Assembly (NCBI GenBank): GCA_020350885.1
Contig: CP070727.1
Span: 3,664,017 to 3,728,016, forward strand
Direction of reading: 5' to 3'
Origin: a bacterium
GTDB lineage: Bacteria; Krumholzibacteriota; Krumholzibacteriia; Krumholzibacteriales; Krumholzibacteriaceae
DNA: 64,000 nucleotides
The notes under the pieces: model-generated
What the model saw: the letters and a program-made list of their open reading frames with translations, nothing else
Databases searched by the model: none
What the model was told of the DNA's origin: nothing
Position numbers and translations under genes: made by a program
Shown: piece by piece, positions 9,237-20,048 of the stretch
How positions within the stretch are numbered: the first letter of the stretch is position 1
How the letters are laid out: the number at the start of each line of letters is the position of its first letter

Positions 9237-11108
9237 GTGAAGGAACCTGTGAGTAAAGCTGCAACCCGAAACGGAACGAAACTCGTCGTGCTGGGTTTCG
9301 ACGGCCTCGACCCCAAGACCATGGAGTCCCTGATGGCACAAGGAAAGCTGCCAAACTTTTCCCGCCTGCGAGACGAAGGTTGTTTTCACCGGCTTGCCAC
9401 GACCAATCCCTCGCAATCCCCCGTGGCCTGGGCTGGATTCGCCACGGGAAGAAATCCCAGCAAGACCGGGATATTCGACTTTGTGGTGCGGGATCCCGGA
9501 ACCTACCGGCTGCGGCTGTCACTCTCGAACTTCGTGGACGACAAACCAACGAGAGTCATCCGGGGTAACTGCTTCTGGGATTATACATCCCAGCGGAAGA
9601 TCCCGACCGTCGTCATCACCTGTCCTCTCACTTTCCCCCCCGATGCCGTGCACGGGCGGATGCTCTCGGGTATGGGAGTGCCCGATATCCTTCGCACAGA
9701 GGGAACGTTCTCGTACTATACGTCCCAGCGTGAGGAGAAGCGGAAGGACGCAGGCGGCAAGGTGTTCGATATAAAAAAATCTCCGGTCATGGTCATGCAT
9801 CTCGTCGGGCCTCGGACAACCGGGAAGGACGGTAAGACCGATTTTCTCAAGGTACCGTTCAAGGTTGTCCATCCGCCGGGTTCGTCACGCGTTACTATAG
9901 AGTTCCAGAAAAACAAATTCGAACTCGAATGCAACAGTTGGAGCGGGTGGAAGGAGGTCTCCTTCAAGCTGGGACTGATGAAAAAAGCCAAGGGGATCGT
10001 GAATTTCTATCTCGTCGAGACGGATCCCGAATTCAAACTATACGCAAGCCCGATCAATTTCGATCCGCGCAATCCGCAATTCGATATCTCTTACCCGCGC
10101 GGCTACAGCAGGGAACTCGCCGCCCGGATCGGCCTCTTCTACACGCAGGGGATGCCCATGGATACCTGGGCAGTGAATGAGAAACGGCTCCTCGAGGATC
10201 CGTTCATCGAGCAGATGAACGAGGTGCTCAGGGAAAAGCGGGCGATGCTCGACTACGAACTCGGTCGTCTCACCGGGGGAGTCCTCTTTTGCTACTTCGA
10301 ATCCTCGGACATCGTCCAGCACATGTTCTGGCGATACATAGATCCACAGCACCCGCTCCACGAGCCCGATGCACCGGCCGAATACAAGGAAATGATCGAG
10401 AACTGGTACCGGAAGGTCGACGATGTCCTTGCTACAACGAGGGAGAAGCTCGATGGCAACGATACACTGATCGTTCTCTCCGATCACGGCTTCGGTACGT
10501 TCCGCCGGACTGTACACCTCAACAGCTGGTTACGCAAGCACGGCTACCTGGAGCTCAAGGACAGCCAAGCGGACACGGGTGCAGATTTACTCTCCGATAT
10601 CGACTGGACGGCGACGAAAGCCTATGCAATCGGATTCGGTGCCATCTATATCAATCTCGAAGGGCGGGAAGGCTACGGTATCGTGCCTCCCGGCGATGAG
10701 GCTGACGCACTCAAATCGGAGATCGCAGATCGCATCGTTCAATGGATCGACGATAAATACAACCAGCCGGTGATCAGCAGGGTATACAAACAGAAGGAGA
10801 TATTCGGCTCACAGAGCAGCGACGAGATACCCGACCTCTTTGTCGGATTCAACATCGGCTACCGCGCATCGAGACAGACGGCACTGGGTGGTGTGCCGGA
10901 TACACTGATCGAGGATAACCTCAAGAAATGGTCAGGCTCCCATCTCTTCGACCCTTCATTGGTGCCGGGAGTTTTATTCAGCAACAGACCGATTAGGATA
11001 GAGAATCCGAGCATCTATGATATCACGCCAACGATACTGAAGATCGTCGGCTACAGCGCGGACGAAATCCGATCCCTCGACATGGACGGAACCCCGCTCT
11101 TCGACTAG
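9237..11108 (+). CDS. Alkaline-phosphatase-superfamily phosphodiesterase paralog (COG3379-like)
   Basis: LVVLGFDGLDP, TTNPSQSPVAWAGFATGRNP and LSDHGFG match the same motif set as the upstream gene. The two genes are tandem paralogs. Confidence 0.75.
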   Translation: MKEPVSKAATRNGTKLVVLGFDGLDPKTMESLMAQGKLPNFSRLRDEGCFHRLATTNPSQSPVAWAGFATGRNPSKTGIFDFVVRDPGTYRLRLSLSNFVDDKPTRVIRGNCFWDYTSQRKIPTVVITCPLTFPPDAVHGRMLSGMGVPDILRTEGTFSYYTSQREEKRKDAGGKVFDIKKSPVMVMHLVGPRTTGKDGKTDFLKVPFKVVHPPGSSRVTIEFQKNKFELECNSWSGWKEVSFKLGLMKKAKGIVNFYLVETDPEFKLYASPINFDPRNPQFDISYPRGYSRELAARIGLFYTQGMPMDTWAVNEKRLLEDPFIEQMNEVLREKRAMLDYELGRLTGGVLFCYFESSDIVQHMFWRYIDPQHPLHEPDAPAEYKEMIENWYRKVDDVLATTREKLDGNDTLIVLSDHGFGTFRRTVHLNSWLRKHGYLELKDSQADTGADLLSDIDWTATKAYAIGFGAIYINLEGREGYGIVPPGDEADALKSEIADRIVQWIDDKYNQPVISRVYKQKEIFGSQSSDEIPDLFVGFNIGYRASRQTALGGVPDTLIEDNLKKWSGSHLFDPSLVPGVLFSNRPIRIENPSIYDITPTILKIVGYSADEIRSLDMDGTPLFD

Positions 11109-11118
11109 ACGTGCACGC

Positions 11119-12351
11119 GTGTTGACTGGTATACTGCGTACTATGAAACGATTCCTATTCTATATCTTTATGTTCGGGCTCACGGTCATTGTTTGCTTCG
11201 TGATCCTCGAATTCGCCGTCGCCCGTTTCTACTACTTCGATGTCCATGGGGTCAAGGACTACGTCCATGACGATGAGATCGGTTGGTGCCTGAAACCGGG
11301 TACATACCATGTCAAAGCACCGAATAGATACAGAAAACACACCGTCACAATCAACGAGTACGGCTTCCGGGGCACAGAGATTACACCCGAGAGACGTGAT
11401 GGAGTAACGAGGATCATCATCCTTGGAGATTCATTCACGTACGGACAGATCAACAGTCAAGATGAAATATTCCCATCGAAGCTCGAGGACCTGTTGAACG
11501 ACGGTGAAGATGAGCATGCGTTCGAGGTGCTGAACGCGGGTGTAATGGGATATGGGAACGCCCAGGAATGGTTGCTCATGAAACGGCTGGCCGATAGTGG
11601 CATCATCGGAGACATATATCTCGTGATGCTCTTTACGAATGATATCCTGGACAACATGCACCTCAGATACGCGGACCTATCGGAGAATTCCTACCAGCCC
11701 GGGTATTCTTTGGATGATGATGGACAGATCGTCCTCGAACACCCTGTCAGGGAACGGCGCCCTGAGGAGAAAAACCCGTCACGTGAAACGACACGAAAAC
11801 CGATACGGGCCAGGCTCACACGGGTGCTCAAGATACGGATCGAATCATTTCTACAAACAAAACCGGGCTGGATACGGGGATTGAACAGGATCGGTTTCGA
11901 TGTCGAGTTCCCCCGGATACCAGGCCTGCTGAACGCCTGGTACCACGATGATATTCTGGAGATGGGCGTCCCCCTGATGAAAGCCCTGTTGCACGAGATG
12001 CGGGACGAGGCAACGCGCAGGGATGCCATGCTGCTCGTGAGCCTCATCCCCTCGCAGATCCAGATTTACTCGGAGGTCTACGGTCCCATGCTCGAGCGGA
12101 CATTTACGGACGACGAGCTTATCGACAGGTTCATGTCGGACCAGCAGCGGCCGCAACGGATCGTGCAATCAATGTGCGATGAACTCGGGATCCCGTTTCT
12201 CGACCTCTATCCCATACTTCACGGCAACAACGACCGCTCCTTCTACATTCCCCGTGAGGGTCACTTCAACGCAAACGGTCACGACATCGTCGCTCGGAGC
12301 CTTGCGGAATTTATAAGGGATCACATTTCGGCTATCGAAGGGTCTCAGTGA
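11119..12351 (+). CDS. Membrane-anchored SGNH/GDSL hydrolase family protein
   Basis: It has an N-terminal TM helix. [12 protein letters not shown] is the block I GDS motif. The C-terminal [11 protein letters not shown] carries the D-x-x-H block V. Confidence 0.7.
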   Translation: MLTGILRTMKRFLFYIFMFGLTVIVCFVILEFAVARFYYFDVHGVKDYVHDDEIGWCLKPGTYHVKAPNRYRKHTVTINEYGFRGTEITPERRDGVTRIIILGDSFTYGQINSQDEIFPSKLEDLLNDGEDEHAFEVLNAGVMGYGNAQEWLLMKRLADSGIIGDIYLVMLFTNDILDNMHLRYADLSENSYQPGYSLDDDGQIVLEHPVRERRPEEKNPSRETTRKPIRARLTRVLKIRIESFLQTKPGWIRGLNRIGFDVEFPRIPGLLNAWYHDDILEMGVPLMKALLHEMRDEATRRDAMLLVSLIPSQIQIYSEVYGPMLERTFTDDELIDRFMSDQQRPQRIVQSMCDELGIPFLDLYPILHGNNDRSFYIPREGHFNANGHDIVARSLAEFIRDHISAIEGSQ

Positions 12352-13564
12352 TGATGCCCGCCCCCAGTAGCTCGTGACCCTGTTCCACGACAAACCTGCC
12401 GAGTTCCTCGATAAAGGCGAAGTTTTCCACGATGATCGGCTGCTCGGTTTTGAAGACGAGGGTACCGCTCTCGTTGATCCCGAGTTCCCGGGCATTCTCG
12501 CCGATCACCTCGAGCGTGGAGGTGTCAACGCGCTTCTCTATCCGTTCGACGGCACAGTTCACTTCCTGGGTGGAGCACCGCAGCGTCATGGTGCTCTCGA
12601 GCTGGAGCGGTCTCTCCGATATCCAGAATATATTTCCTCTGAAGCGGTTGGTTGGCTGTAGCTTCTCATCATGGTCGACGAGCACATTCCCCCGCATCAC
12701 CGAATGATCCCCCCCGAGCGTAACGGCGATATTTTCGCCGCCCTGTGCCTGATGCTTCCTCCCCCCGAAGATCCTGATCTCATCAACCGTTGCGTCCGTG
12801 CTCGACGGCAATACCGTTAGCCGCTGCCCTTCCGTGATGGCCCCGGAGGTTATTCGCCCGGCTATGAGCCTATCTCCGTCTATCTCGTAGACATCCTGGA
12901 TGGGGAACCGGAGCGGACGCTCCATCTTCGCCTTTGATTCCATCGACTCAAGGGCCTTGAGGAAGCTCTCCCCCTTATACCAGCGCATCTTCGAAGATTT
13001 CTTCGAGATGTTCGTTCCCTCCCTGGCCGAGACCGGTACCATGTGTACCGGTGTAATTCCAAGAGTCTCTGCAAACGTAATGAAATCACCCTTCACCCGC
13101 TCGAAGACGTCCTGCCGGTAATCGACCAGATCCATCTTATTGAATACTGCGACCACGCGGTCGAGTCCGAGCATGTGAAGTATATAGGCGTGGCGTCTCG
13201 TCTGTTCCTGAACTCCCTCGTGCGTATCGATGATAAGCACGGCGGCCTCCGCATGCGCCGCCCCGGTCATCATATTCTTGATAAACTCCACGTGGCCGGG
13301 GGCATCGATAATGACGAAGTTCTTGCGTTTCGTGTTGAAGAATATCTGGGTCGTATCGATCGTGATGCTCTGTTCCCGTTCCTCCTTGAGCTGATCGGTG
13401 AGATACGCAAGCTCGGCTTCCTTCCCGAGCTCCTTGGATATCCGTTTGATCTCCTCGACCTTTTCCTTCGGCAGGGAATCCGTATCCAGCAGGAGCCTGC
13501 CGATCAGCGTAGATTTACCGTGATCAACGTGTCCGACGATTACAATCTTTACGGTCTCCTTCAT
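12332..13564 (-). CDS. cysN: Sulfate adenylyltransferase subunit 1 (GTPase)
   Basis: The G1 motif is [20 protein letters not shown] is present and NKMDLV is G4. The protein aligns with E. coli CysN throughout. There is no fused APS-kinase domain. Confidence 0.85.
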   Translation of the reverse strand: MKETVKIVIVGHVDHGKSTLIGRLLLDTDSLPKEKVEEIKRISKELGKEAELAYLTDQLKEEREQSITIDTTQIFFNTKRKNFVIIDAPGHVEFIKNMMTGAAHAEAAVLIIDTHEGVQEQTRRHAYILHMLGLDRVVAVFNKMDLVDYRQDVFERVKGDFITFAETLGITPVHMVPVSAREGTNISKKSSKMRWYKGESFLKALESMESKAKMERPLRFPIQDVYEIDGDRLIAGRITSGAITEGQRLTVLPSSTDATVDEIRIFGGRKHQAQGGENIAVTLGGDHSVMRGNVLVDHDEKLQPTNRFRGNIFWISERPLQLESTMTLRCSTQEVNCAVERIEKRVDTSTLEVIGENARELGINESGTLVFKTEQPIIVENFAFIEELGRFVVEQGHELLGAGIITETLR

Positions 13565-13577
13565 TTGTCACCTCATC

Positions 13578-14381
13578 TTACATATATCCAAGGCTTCTGA
13601 GTTTCTGCATCGTGTAGGTATCCTCTTTGTCCTGCGCCCTGCCGCTCCGCTCGGCCTCCTTTGTCGTTTCGAGCTCATGTATGACCTTCTTGATCGTATC
13701 GGCTTTCGAATCGACCGGGGCGCAGCAGGTCTCACACCCGATACTCCTGTACCGTTTGCCTTTCTTGGCGAAGTAGAGATCAACGATGGGAATGTTCTCC
13801 CTCTCGATATAACGCCAGATGTCGACCTCCGTCCAGTGAAGCATCGGGTGGATCCTGAGATGCTGCGATGCTTCGACCTGCGATTTGTACAGATCCCAGA
13901 GCTCGGGAGGCTGATCCTGGTAGTTCCACTTGAAATCGGCCGTTCTGGGTGAGAAGTATCGTTCTTTTGCCCTGATACCGTGCTCGTCCCTCCGTATGGC
14001 CAGAAGCAGCGCTTCGAATCCGTACTCCTTGATCGACTGCTTGAGGGCTTCGGTCTTCAAAGCATTGCAGCAGTCGAGCTTCTCCCCCTTACCCGGACCC
14101 ATCCCGCCGGAGAGTGCATCCTCGTTCCGGCTGATGAGAAGTTCGAATCCCCATTTCTTAGAATAGGAATCGCGATAGTCGTATATCTCCTTGAATTTGT
14201 AACTCGTATCGATGTGGACAACCGGAAAGGGAATCTTTCCGAAGAACGCCTTACGGGCGATCCATACCATCGTCGTGGAATCCTTCCCGATCGACCACAG
14301 GAGTGCGATTTTATTGAATCGTGCGTACGACTCCCGGATGATGTAGATCGTCTTATTCTCGAGTTCTCCCAGATAGTCCAT
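13578..14381 (-). CDS. cysD: Sulfate adenylyltransferase subunit 2 (PAPS-reductase fold)
   Basis: SIGKDSTTM is a PP-loop. The protein is collinear with E. coli CysD, including HIDT, RRDE and ELW motifs. Confidence 0.85.
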   Translation of the reverse strand: MDYLGELENKTIYIIRESYARFNKIALLWSIGKDSTTMVWIARKAFFGKIPFPVVHIDTSYKFKEIYDYRDSYSKKWGFELLISRNEDALSGGMGPGKGEKLDCCNALKTEALKQSIKEYGFEALLLAIRRDEHGIRAKERYFSPRTADFKWNYQDQPPELWDLYKSQVEASQHLRIHPMLHWTEVDIWRYIERENIPIVDLYFAKKGKRYRSIGCETCCAPVDSKADTIKKVIHELETTKEAERSGRAQDKEDTYTMQKLRSLGYM

Positions 14382-14791
14382 CGTTCCATTCCTCCAGCAT
14401 CTCTTTAAATTATAATACGTTATGAGAACAGATTCTGCAACAAAATAGTAACCCTATATCCCGAAAGCAATCTCCGTACCCACGGGATCGATTTCCACAA
14501 AATCCATTCCCGATTTAGCCATATATAATAAAATAAACCGAGATCATATTCAAATATTATCTTACGTTATAGTGATTACTGATGCATTTCACACAGGACC
14601 GACACTGCGATGGTGAATCCGGAATGGCATATCGTGAAAGTGCCCGGCCGAAAACGACATGCAGTGATATCCCCGTCATCCGTGGCCAACAAGTTTCCCT
14701 TGCATCCCGAGCAGGAAATCACGTACGTTCATACGCTTAATATGCCGCTGCCAAGCGGTATATGACCACCCATCGAGAGGAAGGATCGTTG

Positions 14792-15058
14792 ATGCCGACG
14801 TATCACTACCTATGTGAACGCTGCGGACACGAGTTTGAAGTCGTTCAGCGGATTACCGATCCGCCCCGGAAACGTTGTCTGAAATGCCGGGGTCCCATTT
14901 ATCGTGTCATTCACCCCGTTGGACATATCCTGAAGGGAAGCGGATTTTACCGGACTGACTACCGTACCGATGAATTCAAGAAGCAGGAGAAGGCAGAAAC
15001 TGCGTCGACTACCCCCGACAAGACCGAGAAACCAAAGAAATCGAAGGATAAGGATTGA
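14792..15058 (+). CDS. FmdB-family zinc-ribbon protein with Lys-rich tail
   Basis: MPTYHYLCERCGHEFE...CLKCRG carries CxxC...CxxC. A GAGAGGAAGG ribosome-binding site lies upstream of the ATG at 14792. Confidence 0.7.
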   Translation: MPTYHYLCERCGHEFEVVQRITDPPRKRCLKCRGPIYRVIHPVGHILKGSGFYRTDYRTDEFKKQEKAETASTTPDKTEKPKKSKDKD

Positions 15059-15159
15059 AATCCATCTATCGGATGCGATTAAAAACGTGCAGCATGCAAG
15101 AATTGAGCGAATGTGCAGGCCGCCTCTCCGTTGCTCGCCCCTCTCCGGCTTTGCCTGCC

Positions 15160-16563
15160 CTATAGATACCCGAGGCTCCGTAACTCCTCCTCGAGCTTTT
15201 CCTGTTCGGCCGCACTGAGCTTGAATCCGGAATCGAGAATATCCGACCTTCTCTTGGTCACCCGGATGTGTTGTTTGAGCAATGAGGATAGTGGGCGTAA
15301 CTGCGTACTCTGATTTGCCAGGTTGTCCTTTTCCCGAGGATCGATTCCAAGATCATAGAGCTCTCGACGAAGCTCACCCATCCAGAGAATGCGCAGCACA
15401 GATCTCAGGCGTTTCACTTTCGAGAGATAGTGACATGGTGAGGCCTCGATCAATTTCAGGTTCCCCTGCCGGACCGCTGCCTTATGCGGACCGATACAGA
15501 AAACGAGATTCGGCTGGTCAATCGAGGATTTCCGCTCCATATCCGTTGTGAAATCAAACGAAACGAGCTGTTTCGGAAGCGCCCGCACCCCCGCAAGACG
15601 CATCAAACTCGGCATTACCTGGATGTGGCTTATCGGCTCTGCCTTTCGCACCGCTTCCGTACGCAGAGGATCATGGATAATACCAACCGTTCGTATAACC
15701 TCCTCGTAGAGGTGCACATCGGCATGCCCGAATTGACCGTGATCCCACAACTCCTCCCCATGATCGGAGAAGACCGCAAAGATCGTGTCACGGTACCGGT
15801 CATGCGACTTGAGTGATTCAAAGACCCTGGCGACATTGTCGTCCGTGCATTTGATGCTTGCATCATACTTGTCGATTATCCATTGGCGGGTTGCTTTATT
15901 CACTTTCCTGCGTCCGGTATTCATAGCGTTAACCAACTGGTGCTTTCGTGGAAATGTCCTCTCACCTTTTTTCTTTGGTTTTGGCCGTTCTATATGCTGG
16001 GGGAAGAACACCTCGACGATCTCCTGGTCGATATCATCTGGATCAGTCGAATCGAACAATGTTTCATATTCCGCTGGGAGGCGGTAGGGTGCGTGCCCCC
16101 CGCGGTAGTGTAGGAAGAGGCAGAAGGGTCTATCCCCATCCCACCGCTCCAGCCACTCGATCGCACCGTCACTCACGGCCCCGGTGAGCTCCTTGCTGAA
16201 ATCGAAGCTCCGTGTTTCAGTTACTACCTCGAGCCCTCCCCATATGCGCGATAGCAAATTCTTGAAGAAACCGAAAGTGACGATGGCGTGTGTATCGAAA
16301 CGATGTGCATCGAGGCATTCCTTAATTGGAGAATTTGCTATCTGCTTGTTGAAAAAGAAGTTGCCATGATAATAGGGATAGGTGGACGTGAACAGCGATG
16401 TGAAGGCCGGAGCGGTGAAGTTGGAGGTGGAATAGCAGGCATCGAGCACACTGCTCTGTTCGGCCAGCGTATCCAAAAACGGTGACGTGGATCTATGGTA
16501 GCCATAACAGCCGAGATGATCGGCTCGTAGAGTATCGACAACGATGAAGACAATACTGCGCAT
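15160..16563 (-). CDS. Sulfatase-fold (alkaline phosphatase superfamily) protein with Thr in place of the formylglycine Cys. Predicted phospho-/sulfo-transferase or esterase rather than a classical sulfatase
   Basis: The N-terminus VVDTLRADHLGCYGY is sulfatase-like. The segment TAPAFTSLFTS aligns to the C-T-P-S-R-A-S-L-L-T-G signature with C to T and R to F substitutions. There is no signal peptide or TM segment. Confidence 0.6.
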   Translation of the reverse strand: MRSIVFIVVDTLRADHLGCYGYHRSTSPFLDTLAEQSSVLDACYSTSNFTAPAFTSLFTSTYPYYHGNFFFNKQIANSPIKECLDAHRFDTHAIVTFGFFKNLLSRIWGGLEVVTETRSFDFSKELTGAVSDGAIEWLERWDGDRPFCLFLHYRGGHAPYRLPAEYETLFDSTDPDDIDQEIVEVFFPQHIERPKPKKKGERTFPRKHQLVNAMNTGRRKVNKATRQWIIDKYDASIKCTDDNVARVFESLKSHDRYRDTIFAVFSDHGEELWDHGQFGHADVHLYEEVIRTVGIIHDPLRTEAVRKAEPISHIQVMPSLMRLAGVRALPKQLVSFDFTTDMERKSSIDQPNLVFCIGPHKAAVRQGNLKLIEASPCHYLSKVKRLRSVLRILWMGELRRELYDLGIDPREKDNLANQSTQLRPLSSLLKQHIRVTKRRSDILDSGFKLSAAEQEKLEEELRSLGYL

Positions 16564-16978
16564 TTCATCGGCTCCGGGATCAATTCCTATTCACCGGTCT
16601 CACAGCTCGACATCGAATCCGTATCGATTCACACGAACCGCTCCTTGCCGGTGCATGGTACCATATGCGGCAGAAATTGTGCAACATCAATGACCTGCGA
16701 GTGATAGGAAGGATGCATATCCTCGATGAGATACAGTCCGGTTGGATACTATCGAGAGAAAAGTTTACATTTCGTACTGAATGCCTACGACCCGATAAAG
16801 GGAGCAGGGAAAGCAATAACGGTAGGGTCTCCATTTATTTCCAAAGCTACTCAGGAGTATTTTGGAAAAAGCTGGAAAGGACCGGCAATCACGTTATCAC
16901 TTTCCCTGACTTCCCTTTTCGTTTATGAGATGATCGGCCTACTCCACGCGCCCGTTCGTAGAACCCTCGAACATCCTA

Positions 16979-17302
16979 CTAGTATTCGAATCGTTTTCGC
17001 CTGTTTTCCGGCCAGAAGCGGTTTTTCTTTATCAGGTTGGAATCCTCGTCGAAGACGAATTCGACACCTATTTCGAGATACCGCCAGTACTCCTTGACAG
17101 TACCGTACCCGCGCACGCGCACACGGTGGACAGGGTAACCATACTCCTCGTATATACGAAGCTTGTCGTTGCGGAGATTATCGACGAGGGAGAGGCGGCG
17201 CAGGTACTTGCGGCCCTTTTTCCCCCGGCGAATGGTCACTGCCTCTGATGCGGTGCTGATCAGGGCTGCGAGGAGCAGTAACAAGATCAGACGCTTGACC
17301 AT
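16979..17302 (-). CDS. Small basic secreted protein, hypothetical
   Basis: It has a signal peptide (MVKRLILLLLLAALISTASEA). It is rich in K/R/Y/W. There is no recognisable domain. Confidence 0.35.
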   Translation of the reverse strand: MVKRLILLLLLAALISTASEAVTIRRGKKGRKYLRRLSLVDNLRNDKLRIYEEYGYPVHRVRVRGYGTVKEYWRYLEIGVEFVFDEDSNLIKKNRFWPENRRKRFEY

Positions 17303-17532
17303 CGCCCTCACATCCTTTCCGATGTTTAACCTCAAGTTGCTCTTCTTGCCACCCCACGACTTCTTATTATATCATATATTACCTTATTGTTTCAATATGC
17401 TCCTTGTGAAGATGCAGGAACAGTGAGGGACCTGGTGAACTTCATCATGGAAGTGATGAGGCTCCACACGATTCCGTCCAGCGATCGAGTAGTGTATCTT
17501 TTTTTATAACAGAGCATTAAGGAATATAGAAT

Positions 17533-18471
17533 ATGGCTCATGTACCACACGAGAGCGCCTCGCCGGGACGAGACGGCACCGTGACGATCAGGATTTTTCT
17601 CGTCGTCCTCTTCGCCATATGGTCAATTGCCTTCACGGCGATAAAACACCTTCGTGAAATCTTTTCTCCGATGGAGCTGGTCTGTGCCCGTTTCCTCCCC
17701 GCCTCCATCATCTGCCTGGTCTACCTCCTCCTCCGTCGGGAGCACCGAAGGGAGATCCTGCTGGTGCTCCAATCGGCACCTCTGCGGATCCTGGCGATGG
17801 GGCTGTGCGGCGTTGCCGGCTATAACTACTTCCTCTATCTCGGTCAGAGTGAGATCAAGCCCGGTGCGGCTGCCCTCATCACCACACTCGCACCATTGTT
17901 TACCCTGCTGCTGGCGATCCCCTTCCTGCGCGAACGGGTTCCCTTGCGCCGGATCGTGGGTATCGTACTCGCATTCGCCGGCCTCTACTTCGTCGTCCGA
18001 TGGGGCCGGGTCGGTCTGGGAAACGTCATCGGAATCGCGATGCCGGAGATCAAATATGCACTGATTACCACACTGGCACCGCTCTGCTGGACACTCTACA
18101 CGGTCATCGGGAAAAAGCTTGTGCACGAGAGATCCCCCCTCGTCGTCACCTACCTTTCGATCGTATTCGGCACGATCCCCGTCCTTCCATTCGTGAGTGG
18201 AGATTTTCTCCATACATTCGTACATATGGATGCCACACACTGGCTGGCCCTTTTTCACCTCTCGGTATTGAGCACACTGATCGGTTTCTGGATATGGTTC
18301 GCCGCACTACGCCGGCTACCGGCAACTTCCGTGGCCTCGTTCATATACCTCAATCCACCGTTTGCGGCCGCTTTCGGCTGGCTCTTCTTCGGCGAAGAGG
18401 TCACGGAGCTGTTCCTTCTCGGAAGTGCGGTGGTGCTATTCGGACTCTATCTCTCCCAATCGAGAAGGTGA
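17533..18471 (+). CDS. EamA/DMT-family transporter (10 TM)
   Basis: It has two 5-TM EamA-like repeats. The hydrophobicity pattern is typical of drug/metabolite transporters. Confidence 0.7.
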   Translation: MAHVPHESASPGRDGTVTIRIFLVVLFAIWSIAFTAIKHLREIFSPMELVCARFLPASIICLVYLLLRREHRREILLVLQSAPLRILAMGLCGVAGYNYFLYLGQSEIKPGAAALITTLAPLFTLLLAIPFLRERVPLRRIVGIVLAFAGLYFVVRWGRVGLGNVIGIAMPEIKYALITTLAPLCWTLYTVIGKKLVHERSPLVVTYLSIVFGTIPVLPFVSGDFLHTFVHMDATHWLALFHLSVLSTLIGFWIWFAALRRLPATSVASFIYLNPPFAAAFGWLFFGEEVTELFLLGSAVVLFGLYLSQSRR

Positions 18472-18644
18472 TTTCCTCCACTGTCCATGCGTGCACCCCG
18501 CCTCATACCCGCTCGGCTTGTCCGCTTCCGCCGATGTGCCACCGAAGACACCTGTTAAAAAATGATTGCTTGGTAAGTGCCTCGTACGGTAAGGTTTGGT
18601 CTATTCGATAGAGGTCTTCCGAGTCAGCAGTACGATACAATAAT

Positions 18645-19991
18645 ATGAGCGGTGACATCGGTAAAGTAGAGCGTGGGGAATGGAGCTCCCGCGTGGGCTT
18701 CATACTCGCCGCCGCCGGTTCGGCGATCGGCCTCGGCAACATATGGCGTTTTCCCTACGTGACGGGTCAGCACGGCGGAGCGGCGTTTCTCGTTCTCTAT
18801 CTTCTATGTGTCCTCGTTGTGGGCCTCCCCATCATGGTGGCGGAGCTTACGATCGGACGGTTCAGCCGCCGGAATCCCGTCGGCGCAATCGAGGTGATCA
18901 GACCCGGAAGCCCCTGGAAGATAGTGGGTTACATGGGTGTTCTGACCGGGATCTTCATCCTCTCCTACTATTCCGTGATGGCGGGATACACACTGGGGTA
19001 TATCGGCAAGACCGTTGCACGCAGCCAGATCACATTCGCCGATTTCACCGCCAATGCCTGGATCAGCATCCCCCTCTTCCTGGCATTCTCGGTCCTGACG
19101 GTCCTGGTCGTTCAAGGCGGCGTCAGGGACGGGATAGAGCGCTGGGCCAAGATACTCATGCCGGTGCTACTCTGTCTTCTCGTCGTTCTCATCATCCGCG
19201 CCGTTACACTCGAGGGAGCCGGGGCCGGGCTCTCGTTCTATTTAAAACCCGACTTCAGTAGGGTGACCATAAAGACGGTGCTGGCGGCCCTCGGCCAGGC
19301 CTTCTTTTCGCTGAGCCTGGGAATGGGGGCGATGATCACGTATGGGAGCTACCTCTCAAAGAAGGACAATATCGTGACATCGGGTTGCTACGTCGCCCTG
19401 TTCGATACGTTGATCGCCGTCATGGCCGGCCTCATCATCTTTCCGGCTCTCTTCGCCATGCACATGGATCCGGCCGAAGGGCCAGGGCTCGTCTTCGTAG
19501 TTTTCCCGAAGATCTTCGCCGCCATTCCCGGCGGAAACGTCATCGGGATGGGATTTTTCCTCCTGCTCTCCATCGCCGCCCTGACCTCGACGGTGTCACT
19601 CCTCGAGGTTGTCACGTCGTACCTCGTCGATGAGAGGCACTGGCTCAGGCGGCACGCCGTCTGGATCGTGGCCGGCTTATGCTTCTGTCTGGGCGTTCCG
19701 TCGGCGCTCTCGATGGGTATCGTACCGGCACTCGGCGATCTCCCGATACCGGGCGGAAGCATCCTCGGATTCATGGATTGGCTCTTCGGGAACATGATGC
19801 TTGCCGTCGGGGCGGTTCTCATATCGATATTTACCGGCTGGGTATGGAGGGTCTCGAGGGCCGCCGCGGAGATCACGATCGGCTATCCGGGATTCGGACG
19901 CATATCCGTGATACTCTCGTTCATGCTCAGATTCATCTGTCCCGTTCTGATTCTCGTCGTGCTCGTCTTCCTTATACTTGACGCGTTCTGA
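18645..19991 (+). CDS. Sodium-dependent transporter, NSS/SNF family
   Basis: WSSRVGFILAAAGSAIGLGNIWRFPY is the canonical NSS TM1 signature. There are 11-12 TM helices. Confidence 0.85.
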   Translation: MSGDIGKVERGEWSSRVGFILAAAGSAIGLGNIWRFPYVTGQHGGAAFLVLYLLCVLVVGLPIMVAELTIGRFSRRNPVGAIEVIRPGSPWKIVGYMGVLTGIFILSYYSVMAGYTLGYIGKTVARSQITFADFTANAWISIPLFLAFSVLTVLVVQGGVRDGIERWAKILMPVLLCLLVVLIIRAVTLEGAGAGLSFYLKPDFSRVTIKTVLAALGQAFFSLSLGMGAMITYGSYLSKKDNIVTSGCYVALFDTLIAVMAGLIIFPALFAMHMDPAEGPGLVFVVFPKIFAAIPGGNVIGMGFFLLLSIAALTSTVSLLEVVTSYLVDERHWLRRHAVWIVAGLCFCLGVPSALSMGIVPALGDLPIPGGSILGFMDWLFGNMMLAVGAVLISIFTGWVWRVSRAAAEITIGYPGFGRISVILSFMLRFICPVLILVVLVFLILDAF

Positions 19992-20048
19992 CATGCAACG
20001 GGTACAGGACCCGTGAAACAGGGAGAGCCTACGCAAACGGAGTGATAC

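Noticed and set aside
16564-16978. Short overlapping ORFs (84-123 aa) in the spacer between the sulfatase-fold gene and the small secreted protein gene
   Set aside because: They overlap each other and the downstream gene, and they lack ribosome-binding sites and motifs. The region is more likely non-coding promoter/terminator sequence.
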